A DNA stretch of 64,000 nucleotides from Nitrospirota bacterium (GTDB lineage Bacteria > Nitrospirota > UBA9217). A program made the translations under genes and the position numbers. A model generated the notes under the pieces. The model was not told where the DNA came from and ran no database searches. It saw only the letters and a program-made list of their open reading frames with translations. Every line of letters starts with the position of its first letter. Within the stretch, counting starts at the first letter, position 1. Of this stretch, positions 19,404 to 29,426 are shown one piece after another. Location of the stretch: NCBI GenBank assembly GCA_963740085.1, contig CAVUCU010000004.1:384001-448000 (forward strand), given 5' to 3'.

Positions 19404-19670
19404 ATGATCGAGCAGGAAATCATCAACAAGATCAACAAGGTGTTCGAGGAATCCTTTGAGATCGAGAAGGAGCGTCTTGTCCCGCAGGCGCATATCTTCA
19501 CGGACCTGGGACTCGACAGCCTTGATATCGTCGACCTGGTGGTCGCGCTCCAGAACACCTTTGGCGTCAAGATCAGGAACGAGGAAAAGGTCAGGGACAT
19601 CCGGACGCTTCAGGATATCTACCAGTTCATTTCCTCGCTGAAGAACGAGGAACACAAGAAGAGCGCCTAG
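19404..19670 (+). CDS. Acyl carrier protein (ACP1)
   Basis: GGAGG SD; DLGLDSLDIVD phosphopantetheine motif. Confidence 0.92.
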   Translation: MIEQEIINKINKVFEESFEIEKERLVPQAHIFTDLGLDSLDIVDLVVALQNTFGVKIRNEEKVRDIRTLQDIYQFISSLKNEEHKKSA

Positions 19671-19672
19671 CG

Positions 19673-20425
19673 ATGCTGTCCCGGGTGAAACTGCTTCTTC
19701 TGAACCTGTATTTTTATACGTTCTTTTTCCTGTTTTCCGCGATCTCGATCCCGGTGCTGACGATCATTGTCGCGATTTCGAGGATATTCCTGTCTCACCG
19801 CCGGACCATGAAACGGTTTCGCCGCGCCATCAGCTGGTATGGGATAATCATCACGTCCATCCCGTATCCATTTATCAGGCTCCGTTACGAGGACCGGGGA
19901 AAGGACAGCGCGGAAGGGGCATACATCTTTGTTTGCAACCATCGTGCTGCATCAGACGCGTTCCTGATGTGCGTGCTTCCGCATGAGGTGGTCCAGATCG
20001 TGAACATCTGGCCCTTCAGGATACCCGTGCTCGGACTGTATGCCAGATATTCCGGCTACTTGAACATCAGGATGATGTCGCAGGAACAATTCCTGGAACA
20101 AGCGACAAAATTGCTTAACGATGGCGTCTCGATCATCTTCTTTCCCGAGGGCACGCGTTCGGCCAGCAGGACCATGGGGAGTTTTCACGGCGCTGCATTT
20201 CGTCTGGCGCTCGCTTCAAAGGCCGCCGTTGTCCCGCTTTGCATCACGGGGAACGAGAACATCCCGCCCAAAGGATCGCCGCTTCTTCGACCGGGTACGA
20301 TACGAGTGCGCAGATTGCCGGCAATCACCTGGGATGAGTACAAGGACCTGAATGCCTTCGCCTTCAAGAACAGGGTGTGGCATATTATCGATAAAGAGCT
20401 GTCCGTCATGGAGAAAGATTCATAA
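19673..20425 (+). CDS. PlsC-family lysophospholipid acyltransferase
   Basis: NHRAASD (HX4D) and FPEGTRS motifs. Confidence 0.9.
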   Translation: MLSRVKLLLLNLYFYTFFFLFSAISIPVLTIIVAISRIFLSHRRTMKRFRRAISWYGIIITSIPYPFIRLRYEDRGKDSAEGAYIFVCNHRAASDAFLMCVLPHEVVQIVNIWPFRIPVLGLYARYSGYLNIRMMSQEQFLEQATKLLNDGVSIIFFPEGTRSASRTMGSFHGAAFRLALASKAAVVPLCITGNENIPPKGSPLLRPGTIRVRRLPAITWDEYKDLNAFAFKNRVWHIIDKELSVMEKDS

Positions 20426-20585
20426 CTACTCAGATTGGCCGCAAAAGAACTCAAAGAACTCAAAGAAAAAACCTGAAACCATGTATGTCAGTTTTAAATC
20501 TCTCTGCGATCCTTGCGTGCTTTTCTCAGTGGCCGGTTCATTTTTCAGACCATTCGCGGCTAACAGATTTTGACCCGAGGCGTTA
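20423..20585. mobile_element. MITE-like element family A
   Basis: TAACTACTCAG...GACCCGAGGCGTTA ends; its TAA is the stop of the acyltransferase gene. Confidence 0.75.
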
Positions 20586-20621
20586 GGGAATGTATTTATA
20601 ATTTGGCGCTTAGCAAACAGT

Positions 20622-21926
20622 ATGATCGAATTCGACCGAAATAATAAACTGGAATTCTCCGATCCGGGGAAGATCAGGGAGGTACAGGAAGGGCTGCTGA
20701 AAAAGCATGTCCTTTATTGCGCAGACCATTCTCCCTATTACCGGGAGCTGTTCCGCCAGCAGGGTGTCGATGCACGAGCCATTACCCTCGACAGGCTGCG
20801 CGATCTTCCTCTTACGGACAAAACCGCGCTCAGCCTTGCAAATGACGATTTTCTTGCCGTTCCGCCGTCGCAGATAGTGGATATCGTGCTGTCCTCGGGG
20901 ACCACAGGCAAGCCGACGAAGATGATGTATACCGAAAACGATCTCAGGCGGCTTGCTTACAACGAAGAAATTTCCTTCAAAAGCTGCGGATTGACGCGGG
21001 ACGATATTGTGCTGCTGACCTGCACCATGGACCGCTGCTTCATCGCCGGCCTGGCTTACTTTTCGGGTGTCCGGAGCCTGGGCGCGGCGGCCATCAGGAA
21101 CGGCCTGAGCAGCTTTGACAGCCATCTCGAGATCATTCTGCGGTTGAAACCGACGGCCGTCGTGGGTGTGCCTACGTTCCTGCTCAAGCTCGGACAGTTC
21201 ATAAAATCGCAGGACATCGATCCGCGCGGGGTCGGCATCGGGAAACTGATCTGTATCGGCGAACCGATCAGGGACCGTTCTCTCGCATTCCTTCGGATCG
21301 GCGAAAGCCTGGAATCGGTCTGGGGAGCGAAGATCTATTCTACCTACGCCTCCTCGGAGACCATCACCTCGTTCTGCGAGTGCACTGCCCAGCAAGGCGG
21401 ACACCTGCATCCAGACCTGGCTGTGGCGGAGATCGTGAGCGACCAGGGCGAAGTGCTCCCTGCCGGCGAACCGGGCGAGGTGGTGATAACTCCCCTGGCG
21501 ATCGAAGGCATGCCCGTGCTCAGGTTTAGAACCGGTGATATCGGTTTTATCATTGATGAACCCTGCGCCTGCGGACGGCATTCGCATCGCCTGGGCCCCA
21601 TCCTCGGGAGAAAGAAGCAGATGATCAAGTTCCGCGGAACGACGCTGTATCCCAATTCTCTGTACACGGTCCTCGACTCGTTCCCCGGGATCAGCGAATA
21701 CTTCGTGACCGCAACGAGCGACTACGACCTTTCCGATGTGGTCAGGGTCACCATTGCCGTGAAAGATCCATCCTGCTCCGCCGACGTGATCATGGATAAG
21801 CTTCAGGCGCACCTGCGGGTGAGGCCTGAAGTGATCATCGCGAGCGAGGAGAGCGTGAAACGTCAGGTCTATGCCGGGAATTCCCGGAAGTTAATTCGTT
21901 TTGTGGATAAGAGAAAGAAAATATGA
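20622..21926 (+). CDS. Phenylacetate-CoA ligase (PaaK)-like AMP-binding enzyme
   Basis: SSGTTGKP, YSTYASSET, LRFRTGD motifs. Confidence 0.88.
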   Translation: MIEFDRNNKLEFSDPGKIREVQEGLLKKHVLYCADHSPYYRELFRQQGVDARAITLDRLRDLPLTDKTALSLANDDFLAVPPSQIVDIVLSSGTTGKPTKMMYTENDLRRLAYNEEISFKSCGLTRDDIVLLTCTMDRCFIAGLAYFSGVRSLGAAAIRNGLSSFDSHLEIILRLKPTAVVGVPTFLLKLGQFIKSQDIDPRGVGIGKLICIGEPIRDRSLAFLRIGESLESVWGAKIYSTYASSETITSFCECTAQQGGHLHPDLAVAEIVSDQGEVLPAGEPGEVVITPLAIEGMPVLRFRTGDIGFIIDEPCACGRHSHRLGPILGRKKQMIKFRGTTLYPNSLYTVLDSFPGISEYFVTATSDYDLSDVVRVTIAVKDPSCSADVIMDKLQAHLRVRPEVIIASEESVKRQVYAGNSRKLIRFVDKRKKI

Positions 21927-23410
21927 AAACATGTCAAAGCCGTATTTACGGCGCGGAATTCTCCCAGCAGGAGATCGCCGAGGCCGTCCGTGGGGGCCGG
22001 CTGCTTTCCATGGAGATGGAGTTCAACAAGAGCTGCAATTTCCGGTGCCTCTACTGCTATGCGTCCGACCATACCGTTCATCGGAACGAACTGAGCAAAC
22101 ATGAGTTCCTTGACCTCATCAACCAGGCCAGGGAACTGGGCGCGAGGAAGATCATCGTCCTCGGCGGCGAACCCATGCTCTATCCGTCCATCATAGAGAT
22201 GATCCAATACATCAGGGACCTCGGAATGGATGTCGAGCTCTTCACGAACGGGACGAACGTCACCCGTGAGATGGCTCAGACGCTGTATGGTCTCGGAGTG
22301 CGCGTGGTCCTCAAGATGAACACGTTCGAGGAAAAGATCCAGGACATGCTTTCGGGAAGGAAGGGCGCGCACGTCCAGATCCATGAAGCGTTCAATAACC
22401 TGAAACTGGCCGGCTATCCGTCTGCGGACCATTTCATGGGGATCAGCACGGTTATTTGTCAGCAGAACATCGATGAGCTCCCGAAGATGTGGGAGTGGCT
22501 GCGGGACCAGAACATCGCTCCCTATTTCGAGATGATCACCCCGCAGGGTGGCGCCAAAGAACACAATATGCTTGAAGTCGATTCCCGGCAGGTCGAAGAG
22601 CTTTTTCACCGGATCTCCAGGATCGACCGGAAGAAATACGGGCACACCTGGGACCCAAAGCCTCCGCTCGTCGGCGGCGAGTGTCTTCGTCACCAGTTCT
22701 CCTGCGCGGTCAACTCCGAAGGCTTTGTGCAGCCGTGCGTAGGGGTCACGATCCCGATCGGCAATGTGCGCAAACAACGGCTCAAGGACATTCTGCGTGA
22801 GAGTGAGGTGGTCCAGGACCTCAAGAACTATACCGAGACCATCAAGGGTCCCTGCAGCGAATGCGAACGCTTGAGCGAATGTTACGGCTGCCGGGGAGCG
22901 GCATACCAGATGACCGGCGACTACCTTGCTTCCGACCCCCTGTGCTGGAAGAACCTGGACAGGCGGGACGATATCATGTTCCTGCCGGTGGATGCCGGCC
23001 AGCTCGTTCCGCACAAACAGCCCATGCTTCTCATCGACCGGCTCCTCGAGGTCCAGGAGCGGGCATCGCTTTCCGAGATGATCGTGCGTGCGGACATGCT
23101 CTTCGTGGGAAAGGACGGGAAGCTCGATGATGTCTCGTATCCCGAGATCATATCCCAGGCGATCGCCGCACAGGAGGGCTTTCGAAAGCTCGGGAGCCGT
23201 AATCCTCAGCAGGAAGGTTTTCTGCTCGGCATCAAGAACATCGAGATCGTCGGCAGCGCGCGCGTCGGAGACACCCTTCGCGTATCAGTGTTCAAGGTCG
23301 CTAAGTACGGGGACTTCGGAATTATCCGGGGAGAGGTCAGGAATGGCGACACCCTGATCGCCAGCGGAGAGGTAAAGGTCTGGCAGGGCAATGGCAAGGC
23401 GGCGGCATGA
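21923..23410 (+). CDS. Radical SAM/SPASM protein fused to C-terminal FabZ/ApeP-like hotdog dehydratase
   Basis: CNFRCLYC; SPASM Cys set (C..QPC..CSEC..CYGC..PLC); then VPHKQPMLLIDRL..EIISQAIAA hotdog motif. Confidence 0.82.
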   Translation: MKTCQSRIYGAEFSQQEIAEAVRGGRLLSMEMEFNKSCNFRCLYCYASDHTVHRNELSKHEFLDLINQARELGARKIIVLGGEPMLYPSIIEMIQYIRDLGMDVELFTNGTNVTREMAQTLYGLGVRVVLKMNTFEEKIQDMLSGRKGAHVQIHEAFNNLKLAGYPSADHFMGISTVICQQNIDELPKMWEWLRDQNIAPYFEMITPQGGAKEHNMLEVDSRQVEELFHRISRIDRKKYGHTWDPKPPLVGGECLRHQFSCAVNSEGFVQPCVGVTIPIGNVRKQRLKDILRESEVVQDLKNYTETIKGPCSECERLSECYGCRGAAYQMTGDYLASDPLCWKNLDRRDDIMFLPVDAGQLVPHKQPMLLIDRLLEVQERASLSEMIVRADMLFVGKDGKLDDVSYPEIISQAIAAQEGFRKLGSRNPQQEGFLLGIKNIEIVGSARVGDTLRVSVFKVAKYGDFGIIRGEVRNGDTLIASGEVKVWQGNGKAAA

Positions 23411-24219
23411 TGATGAACAACACTATAGCGAAGAGCGCCGTTCTCTTCCTGGTCCTGTGCATACTGGCGCACGCCGGACAGGCTTTCGCGAAGGACGGGA
23501 AAAAGGACGGCGCGCCGGAACCAACCGACCTTTCCGTATTGCTGAATCGCATCGGGAAAAAGGTCTCGAACTTCAAGACCCTCAAAACGGACTTCACGGA
23601 GGAAAAAGAAATGGCCATGTTCAAGGAGAAGCTCGTGCTCAAGGGCAGGATCTATCTCCAGAAGCCGAACATGGTCGCCTGGCATGTGGATAAACCTCTC
23701 CGGTATTCCGTCCTGATCACTGATAAATTCATCCGTCAGTGGGACGAGGACACGAACCAGGTCCAGGAACTTTCCTTAACGAAAAACCCGATGTTTCAGA
23801 ACGTCATCAGGCAGCTGACCGTATGGTTCTCAGGAGAGTACGGCTCGCTCCTTGAGACCAATGACGTGCGGCTGGTGAAACGCACCCCCCTGACGCTCGA
23901 GTTCTCGCCCCGCGCGAATAATGACTCCCGGAAAGTGATCAAGAACATCACCATTACGTTCCGGGAGGACGAGACCTATCTCCAGCAGATCCGCATGGTG
24001 GAACTGAGCGGTGATGTCACCACGATCACGTTCACGAACACTCTTTTGAATGCCCCTCTTGACAGCGGGAGTTTTAAGGTTCCCCCCGTCAGAGAAAAGA
24101 GTTCTCTCCTTTCCCCCGATCGCGACGGTGCGCGGGTATCGCGCGCATCGCTCCGGGACGCGGTGGACCTCCCTCGTGAGCCGGCTACTTTTTTCAACGG
24201 GGTAACAGGGCATGTTTGA
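23407..24219 (+). CDS. LolA-like lipoprotein/lipid carrier
   Basis: Signal peptide; F-EEK..F..KGRIYLQKP..W..P LolA-fold pattern. Confidence 0.8.
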   Translation: MMMNNTIAKSAVLFLVLCILAHAGQAFAKDGKKDGAPEPTDLSVLLNRIGKKVSNFKTLKTDFTEEKEMAMFKEKLVLKGRIYLQKPNMVAWHVDKPLRYSVLITDKFIRQWDEDTNQVQELSLTKNPMFQNVIRQLTVWFSGEYGSLLETNDVRLVKRTPLTLEFSPRANNDSRKVIKNITITFREDETYLQQIRMVELSGDVTTITFTNTLLNAPLDSGSFKVPPVREKSSLLSPDRDGARVSRASLRDAVDLPREPATFFNGVTGHV

Positions 24220-26602
24220 GAAGTATTTCTCGCTCCTGTACCAGTTCGTATTCCGGCACAAACGAGGCGTGCTCGGGGCCGTCCTCCTGATTACCATTGC
24301 GGCCTGCGTCGGGCTCTTCTTTATTCCCTATGAAGGCAATATCGATATCATGCTCCCGCCGGACCCGGAGATCACCCGCAGCATGGATTTTCTCCGTGAC
24401 TCGAGCCTTTCCGACAAGGTCATTATCTCCCTCGCCCTGACCGACCGGTCAAAAGGGAAGCATGACCTCTTCCGGGCCGTCGATGAACTGGCGGCCTCGC
24501 TTCAACCGCCGCTCTTCACGAGCGTGATCACGGGAATCTCCATGGCCGACGCAATGGAGGAATTCTCGATGCTGCAGTACGCGCCGCAGATTCTCGGCGA
24601 GAAAGACCTCGTCACCATTGAACGCCAGCTGACGCCGAAATCCGTTTCCGCGAGGATGCAGGCGATCTACCGTCAGTCGCTCAGACCCGAAAGCGTCTTC
24701 ATGACCTCCCTGTCGCGCACGGACCCCCTGAGCATCCACACGCTGCTGCTCGGAAAGCTGCGGGCTCTCCCGGCTTCGATGGGTTTTGATGTCGCCATCG
24801 AGGAGGGCCATTTCGTCAGCCGCGACGGTCGCCATGCCATGCTCATCATCCAGACGCCGGTCAAGATGATGGACAGCCAGAAGAGCAAAGAGCTGGTGCG
24901 GGCGTTGGATGAACATATCAAAAAACTGCCTGCGTACGTGTCCGCGGACGTCATCGGCGGTCATCTCCACACGGTCAGCAACGAACGGGTGATCCAGCGG
25001 GACATCGCGGTCGCTTCGGTCATCGCCACGATCGCCTTTTTCCTTCTCTTTTTTATCGTGTTCCGCGATGCCCGGGCGATGTTCGTGTTCATCTTCCCGC
25101 TGATCGCGGTCATCTGGGGCGTCGTTCTGCTGGCCGGTATCGAACACACGCTTTCGTACCTCGTCATCGGGTTCGGTACGGCCATCGTGGGGATCTCCGA
25201 TTACGGACTGATCGTCTATATCGCCATGAAACGGGGCACCGGCGCTTCGCAGCCCGTGCAGCTCGCCAAGCTCGTGTTCATCGATGCGATCACGACCATT
25301 TTCAGTTTCGTCGTGCTGTTTTTCTCCCAGATCCGCGGATACCATCAGCTGGCCTTGTTCTCGGTCCTCTGCCTGCTCATCTGCCTTCTGTTCTCGCTGT
25401 TCGTGCTGCCGCTGACCCTTTCCTGGAAGCGGTACTCCATGGTGGAAGATCCGACGGTCGGCGACCGGCTGAAGAACATCCAATGGCCCGCAAAGCTCAC
25501 GGTCGGGATATGGGCGATCATCACGGTCGTCTTCTTCGTTCTTTCCCTGTCGATCAAACTTGACAGCGACGTGCGAAAACTGGACGGGAGCGGACCGGAG
25601 GTGCTTCAGGCGGAACGATCGTTCCATAGTATATGGGGCGGAAAGTCCAATCAAGCGATCCTGGTTGTCACGGGGGCAAGCCTCGAGGAAGCAATGGAAA
25701 AGAACGACCGGGTCTTCCACAAGGCGATGAAGACGGTCAACAGTGAGGATTTTACGAGCCTGGCGCTGTTCTGGCCATCTGAGAAGACCCGGATCGAGAA
25801 TCAGGAGCGCTGGGACCGTTTTTGGAAGCAGGGGCGGGAACGCAGGCTGAAGGAGTTGATCAGGCAAACGTCTGCCGAGCACGGCTTCTCGGAGCGTGCG
25901 TTCATGCCTTTTTTCGACGGGCTCTATGACCATCAGCGCGATGCCGGGCGCGCCGGCGGCATGATCACCCGGCTGCAGGAACGGTTCGTGGTGAAGAAGA
26001 AAGAAGAATACCGGATCATGTCGTTCTTCCCGGACGAACCGAAGACCTACGAATCGCTGTCCGCGGTGGCGAAGCAATTCCCGGGCACGTTCATCGTATC
26101 CGGCAAGGCGTTGTCCTCGTCGATCTCCACGTATACGGCGAGGGAAGCGATGATCCTCGCCCCGCTCGCGGTCCTCTTTAACGTCGTGCTGGCCTGGCTT
26201 TTTTTCAGGAACTGGAAAGAGACCCTGATCTCGCTCGTCCCGCTCCTGACCGGCGCTGTCTGGCTGCTCGGCTTCATGGCGATATTCAAAATGCCGCTGA
26301 ACGTCATCAGCATAGTTGCCGGCATCATCGCGAGCGGCGTCATCGTGGACTACGGCATCGGGATCACCTACGAATACAGCCACAATCTGCACTTCGGCAC
26401 GATGATGGCGATGACCCTGTCCGCGGCGTCGAACGTGATAGGAGCGGGGGCACTGCTGTTCGCGCTGCATCCGGCCTTTTTTTCAACCGGGGTGGCCATG
26501 GTTATCTCCATGGTCACCGGATACCTCTCGTCCGTGATCGTGATACCGTCCCTCTGCAAACTGCTGGGGACAACGGGCCGCCAGGAGGTCGGGCAGCAAT
26601 GA
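24212..26602 (+). CDS. MMPL/RND-family exporter
   Basis: 796 aa, two repeats of a TM bundle plus soluble loop; GISDYG and VIVDYG motifs. Confidence 0.82.
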   Translation: MFEKYFSLLYQFVFRHKRGVLGAVLLITIAACVGLFFIPYEGNIDIMLPPDPEITRSMDFLRDSSLSDKVIISLALTDRSKGKHDLFRAVDELAASLQPPLFTSVITGISMADAMEEFSMLQYAPQILGEKDLVTIERQLTPKSVSARMQAIYRQSLRPESVFMTSLSRTDPLSIHTLLLGKLRALPASMGFDVAIEEGHFVSRDGRHAMLIIQTPVKMMDSQKSKELVRALDEHIKKLPAYVSADVIGGHLHTVSNERVIQRDIAVASVIATIAFFLLFFIVFRDARAMFVFIFPLIAVIWGVVLLAGIEHTLSYLVIGFGTAIVGISDYGLIVYIAMKRGTGASQPVQLAKLVFIDAITTIFSFVVLFFSQIRGYHQLALFSVLCLLICLLFSLFVLPLTLSWKRYSMVEDPTVGDRLKNIQWPAKLTVGIWAIITVVFFVLSLSIKLDSDVRKLDGSGPEVLQAERSFHSIWGGKSNQAILVVTGASLEEAMEKNDRVFHKAMKTVNSEDFTSLALFWPSEKTRIENQERWDRFWKQGRERRLKELIRQTSAEHGFSERAFMPFFDGLYDHQRDAGRAGGMITRLQERFVVKKKEEYRIMSFFPDEPKTYESLSAVAKQFPGTFIVSGKALSSSISTYTAREAMILAPLAVLFNVVLAWLFFRNWKETLISLVPLLTGAVWLLGFMAIFKMPLNVISIVAGIIASGVIVDYGIGITYEYSHNLHFGTMMAMTLSAASNVIGAGALLFALHPAFFSTGVAMVISMVTGYLSSVIVIPSLCKLLGTTGRQEVGQQ

Positions 26603-27279
26603 TCCGAAGAACGGTCATTCTTGTGTTCCTGTTGCTCGTGTTCGCTGCCGGATGCAGTACGGTGCCGTTCCAGAAGACCGCCCTGGTAAGTCTTGAGACC
26701 GTGGACGCGAGAAACATCCTGGAGCAGTTCAAATCGCGTATGCCGGACAGTTTTCAATTGCTGAATACCGTTGTTTTTGAGTATAATGGGCGCAAGTTTT
26801 CCGCTATCGGTTCGGTGTATATCAGCGAGGCTGACCGTGTTTTCAGGGTGGCCGGCATGAATCCCATGGGGGTGAAGCTGTTCGAGCTCTCAGGTGACCG
26901 AAGCGGCGTGAAGACCCATTACGCGATCGCGGATTTCTCCAAGCGCGGCGATATCGCCACTGCAGTTGGCAACGACATCAGACTCATCTACTTTGATCTT
27001 GTCCCCGGACCCGAAGCGAGTATATGGAAGAGAAAATATAAACTGATCTTTCGACAATCTTCCGGTCCCGGTCATCTGGAGTATGTTTTCGGCGGGGCGA
27101 ACGGAGACCTGATCGAGAAGAACTATTATGATGAGGGCGGGATCGTCTGGAGAATATCGTATTATGAGTACCGGGACCAGGACGGATACCGCTGGCCGCA
27201 GGGCATTGTCTTCATTCACTACCAATATCGGTACCGGTTGACCATAAGACAGAAGGAGTTGCTTGTTGAGCGCAATTAA
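26599..27279 (+). CDS. Lipoprotein (DUF3261-like)
   Basis: Lipobox AAGC; NPMGVKLF motif; typical companion gene in such clusters. Confidence 0.6.
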   Translation: MIRRTVILVFLLLVFAAGCSTVPFQKTALVSLETVDARNILEQFKSRMPDSFQLLNTVVFEYNGRKFSAIGSVYISEADRVFRVAGMNPMGVKLFELSGDRSGVKTHYAIADFSKRGDIATAVGNDIRLIYFDLVPGPEASIWKRKYKLIFRQSSGPGHLEYVFGGANGDLIEKNYYDEGGIVWRISYYEYRDQDGYRWPQGIVFIHYQYRYRLTIRQKELLVERN

Positions 27280-27655
27280 ATCAGAGATCGAAGGCTGCAT
27301 GAGCGGTCTGGAAAAGGTAGGCAAAAGGGTGACGTCCCGCTTTGCCTTCCCGCCCGGGTTCATTGGTTTTCAAGGACACTTTCCCCAGAAAAAGGTCCTG
27401 CCGGGAGTGTGCCAGATCCAGTGCGCCCTTTCCCTCCTCGAACAGGGGAGTGGAAAGTCCGTGGTCCTGAAAGAGATTGTGCTGGCCAAGTATTTTTCAC
27501 CCGTGTTCCCGGACGACGAAGTGACCTGCGTCATAAGCGAGATGGGGGACACCTGCGGCGAGGTCGTTGTGAAAGCGGTCATCTCACGGAAGACCGACAA
27601 AATCTCGGAAATGAAATTGCGCGTCTCCTATGGCGACGGGGAAAACAAGAGGTAG
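27263..27655 (+). CDS. FabZ/ApeI-like dehydratase
   Basis: FQGHFPQKKVLPGVCQI..KYFSPVFP hotdog motif. Confidence 0.85.
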   Translation: MLSAIKSEIEGCMSGLEKVGKRVTSRFAFPPGFIGFQGHFPQKKVLPGVCQIQCALSLLEQGSGKSVVLKEIVLAKYFSPVFPDDEVTCVISEMGDTCGEVVVKAVISRKTDKISEMKLRVSYGDGENKR

Positions 27656-27656
27656 T

Positions 27657-28142
27657 ATGAGGTCAAGGAACAGGGAAACCTATTTTGAGCGGGTCCCGGG
27701 AGTACCCGAGCCGATCGTCGTCCAGGTCAAGAGGCGGGTCCGGTTCAATGAGGCCGACCCCATGGCGATCGCATGGCATGGGCGGTATCCTCTCTATTTC
27801 GAAGAAGCATCCGAGGAGCTTGGCAGAAAGTGCGGTTTGTCGTATGCGGACTATTTCGAAGCCGGTCTGCGCGCGCCTGTTGTCGAATTTCATATCGATT
27901 ACTATAAACCTCTGTTCCTCGACGAGGAATTTACGATCAAGGCATCGCTGATCTGGCATGAAGGGTCGCGGCTCAATATCGAGTATCTCCTGATCAAGCA
28001 GGACCGGAGCACCGCCTCGAGCGCTTACATGGTGCATTTGTTCACCGACCATCAGACCGGAGATCCCTTTATGGTCTCTCCGGAATTACTTGAACGCTGC
28101 CGAAGGAGATGGAAGGCAGGGGAGTTCCATCGCAGACCATGA
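27657..28142 (+). CDS. Acyl-CoA/ACP thioesterase (4HBT/YbgC family)
   Basis: VRFNEADPMAIAWHGRYPLYFE. Confidence 0.88.
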   Translation: MRSRNRETYFERVPGVPEPIVVQVKRRVRFNEADPMAIAWHGRYPLYFEEASEELGRKCGLSYADYFEAGLRAPVVEFHIDYYKPLFLDEEFTIKASLIWHEGSRLNIEYLLIKQDRSTASSAYMVHLFTDHQTGDPFMVSPELLERCRRRWKAGEFHRRP

Positions 28143-29254
28143 AACCTGTCGTCGTATCGGCGGATATGCTGACGCCTTATGGCAAGGGAATTGACGCATG
28201 CTGGCAGGGTTTGTCTGCCGGGCAAAGCGCCATATCCCGGGTCAGCCGTTTCAAGACAGCGGCGTTCCACTCGGACTATGCGGGTATCATCGGCGGCCTG
28301 AGGTATCACGAACAAACCTCCCTGGTCGTGCAGATGTTGGAGTCCCTGTTCACGGGAACGGTTTTCCCCGAAGACGCGAAACTTCTGCTGGCAACGACCA
28401 AAGGGGAGATCGACCTGCTCGAGCAGAGCATGCTCGAGAACAAGGGCGATGTTAGGGATGCCGTCGTGAGCAGGCTCATCGGCAAGGTGGCCGGCATGAC
28501 CTCAGCGAGGGGCGGGGGGCTGGTGCTTTCGGCAGCCTGCACCTCATCGGCGGCGGCAGCAGCGCAGGCGGCTGCCATGATCAGGAACGGTCACGCGGAC
28601 TGCGTGCTCGTGGTTGCCTGCGACAGCGTGACCGAATTCATCTTTTCCGGATTTTCCTCGCTCATGGCGCTGGACAAACAGCCCGCACGGCCCTTTGACA
28701 GGAACAGGGCAGGCCTGAACGTGGGCGAGGCCGCTGCCTATGCGCTTATTATGAGCGAAGAACGCGCCCTTCGCGAGAACCGTCCCGTGCTCGGGACGAT
28801 AGCAGGCTGGGGCCTGAGCGATGACGCGAACCACATGACCGGCCCGTCGCGGGAGAGCGAGGGTCTTGTCCTGGCCATCAAGAAAGCGCTTGAATCCGCC
28901 GGCATTGCGCCCGGTGAGGTGGGACTTATCGCAGCGCACGGCACCGGGACCGTGTACAACGACCAGATGGAGATGCGCGCTTTCCGCGCCGTGTTCGCGG
29001 ATGCTCCTCGTCCGGTCTATTCCATCAAGGGCGGAATCGGACATACGATGGGCGCGGCGGGGCTCGTGGAGATGCTCATTGCGCAACGCGCGCTCCGGGA
29101 AGGGCGCATCCCGCCAACAGTAAACCTGAAAGAGGTTGATGACGATGCGCGAGGATGGGCGTCGGACCGGCAGCAGCCGGTGCGCGGACAGTCGCCGGCC
29201 CTGATGACGAATGCCGGCTTCAGCGGGATAAACACGGCACTGGTGCTGGGATGA
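28139..29254 (+). CDS. Beta-ketoacyl-ACP synthase (KS2)
   Basis: SAACTSS, AAHGTGT, GHTMGAAG; ATGA overlap with the thioesterase. Confidence 0.88.
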   Translation: MKPVVVSADMLTPYGKGIDACWQGLSAGQSAISRVSRFKTAAFHSDYAGIIGGLRYHEQTSLVVQMLESLFTGTVFPEDAKLLLATTKGEIDLLEQSMLENKGDVRDAVVSRLIGKVAGMTSARGGGLVLSAACTSSAAAAAQAAAMIRNGHADCVLVVACDSVTEFIFSGFSSLMALDKQPARPFDRNRAGLNVGEAAAYALIMSEERALRENRPVLGTIAGWGLSDDANHMTGPSRESEGLVLAIKKALESAGIAPGEVGLIAAHGTGTVYNDQMEMRAFRAVFADAPRPVYSIKGGIGHTMGAAGLVEMLIAQRALREGRIPPTVNLKEVDDDARGWASDRQQPVRGQSPALMTNAGFSGINTALVLG

Positions 29255-29257
29255 TAA

Positions 29258-29422
29258 CGAAAGAATACAGGTCTTCTCAAAATGTAGAGAGCAAATTACC
29301 GCGAAGAAGCGAAGGAGGGCATGAGATCATTCCCGGTTTAAAACGGCAGAAGCACAGATTTTCTTCGCGACTTTGCGATTTGGCAGTTTAAATTTATCAA
29401 TTCCGGTCAGTCCAGGTTAGGA
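29258..29422. mobile_element. MITE-like element family B
   Basis: 5' ACGAAAGAATA..TCTTCTCAAAA and 3' TTCCGG..GTCCAGGTTAGGA shared with 38429-38607. Confidence 0.55.
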
Positions 29423-29426
29423 TGTA

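Noticed and set aside
24449-26470. Long antisense ORFs (also 18134-19138, 20610-21812, 21869-23014, 30073-31413, 33947-35095)
   Set aside because: Antisense shadows of GC-rich genes with clear sense-strand motifs.
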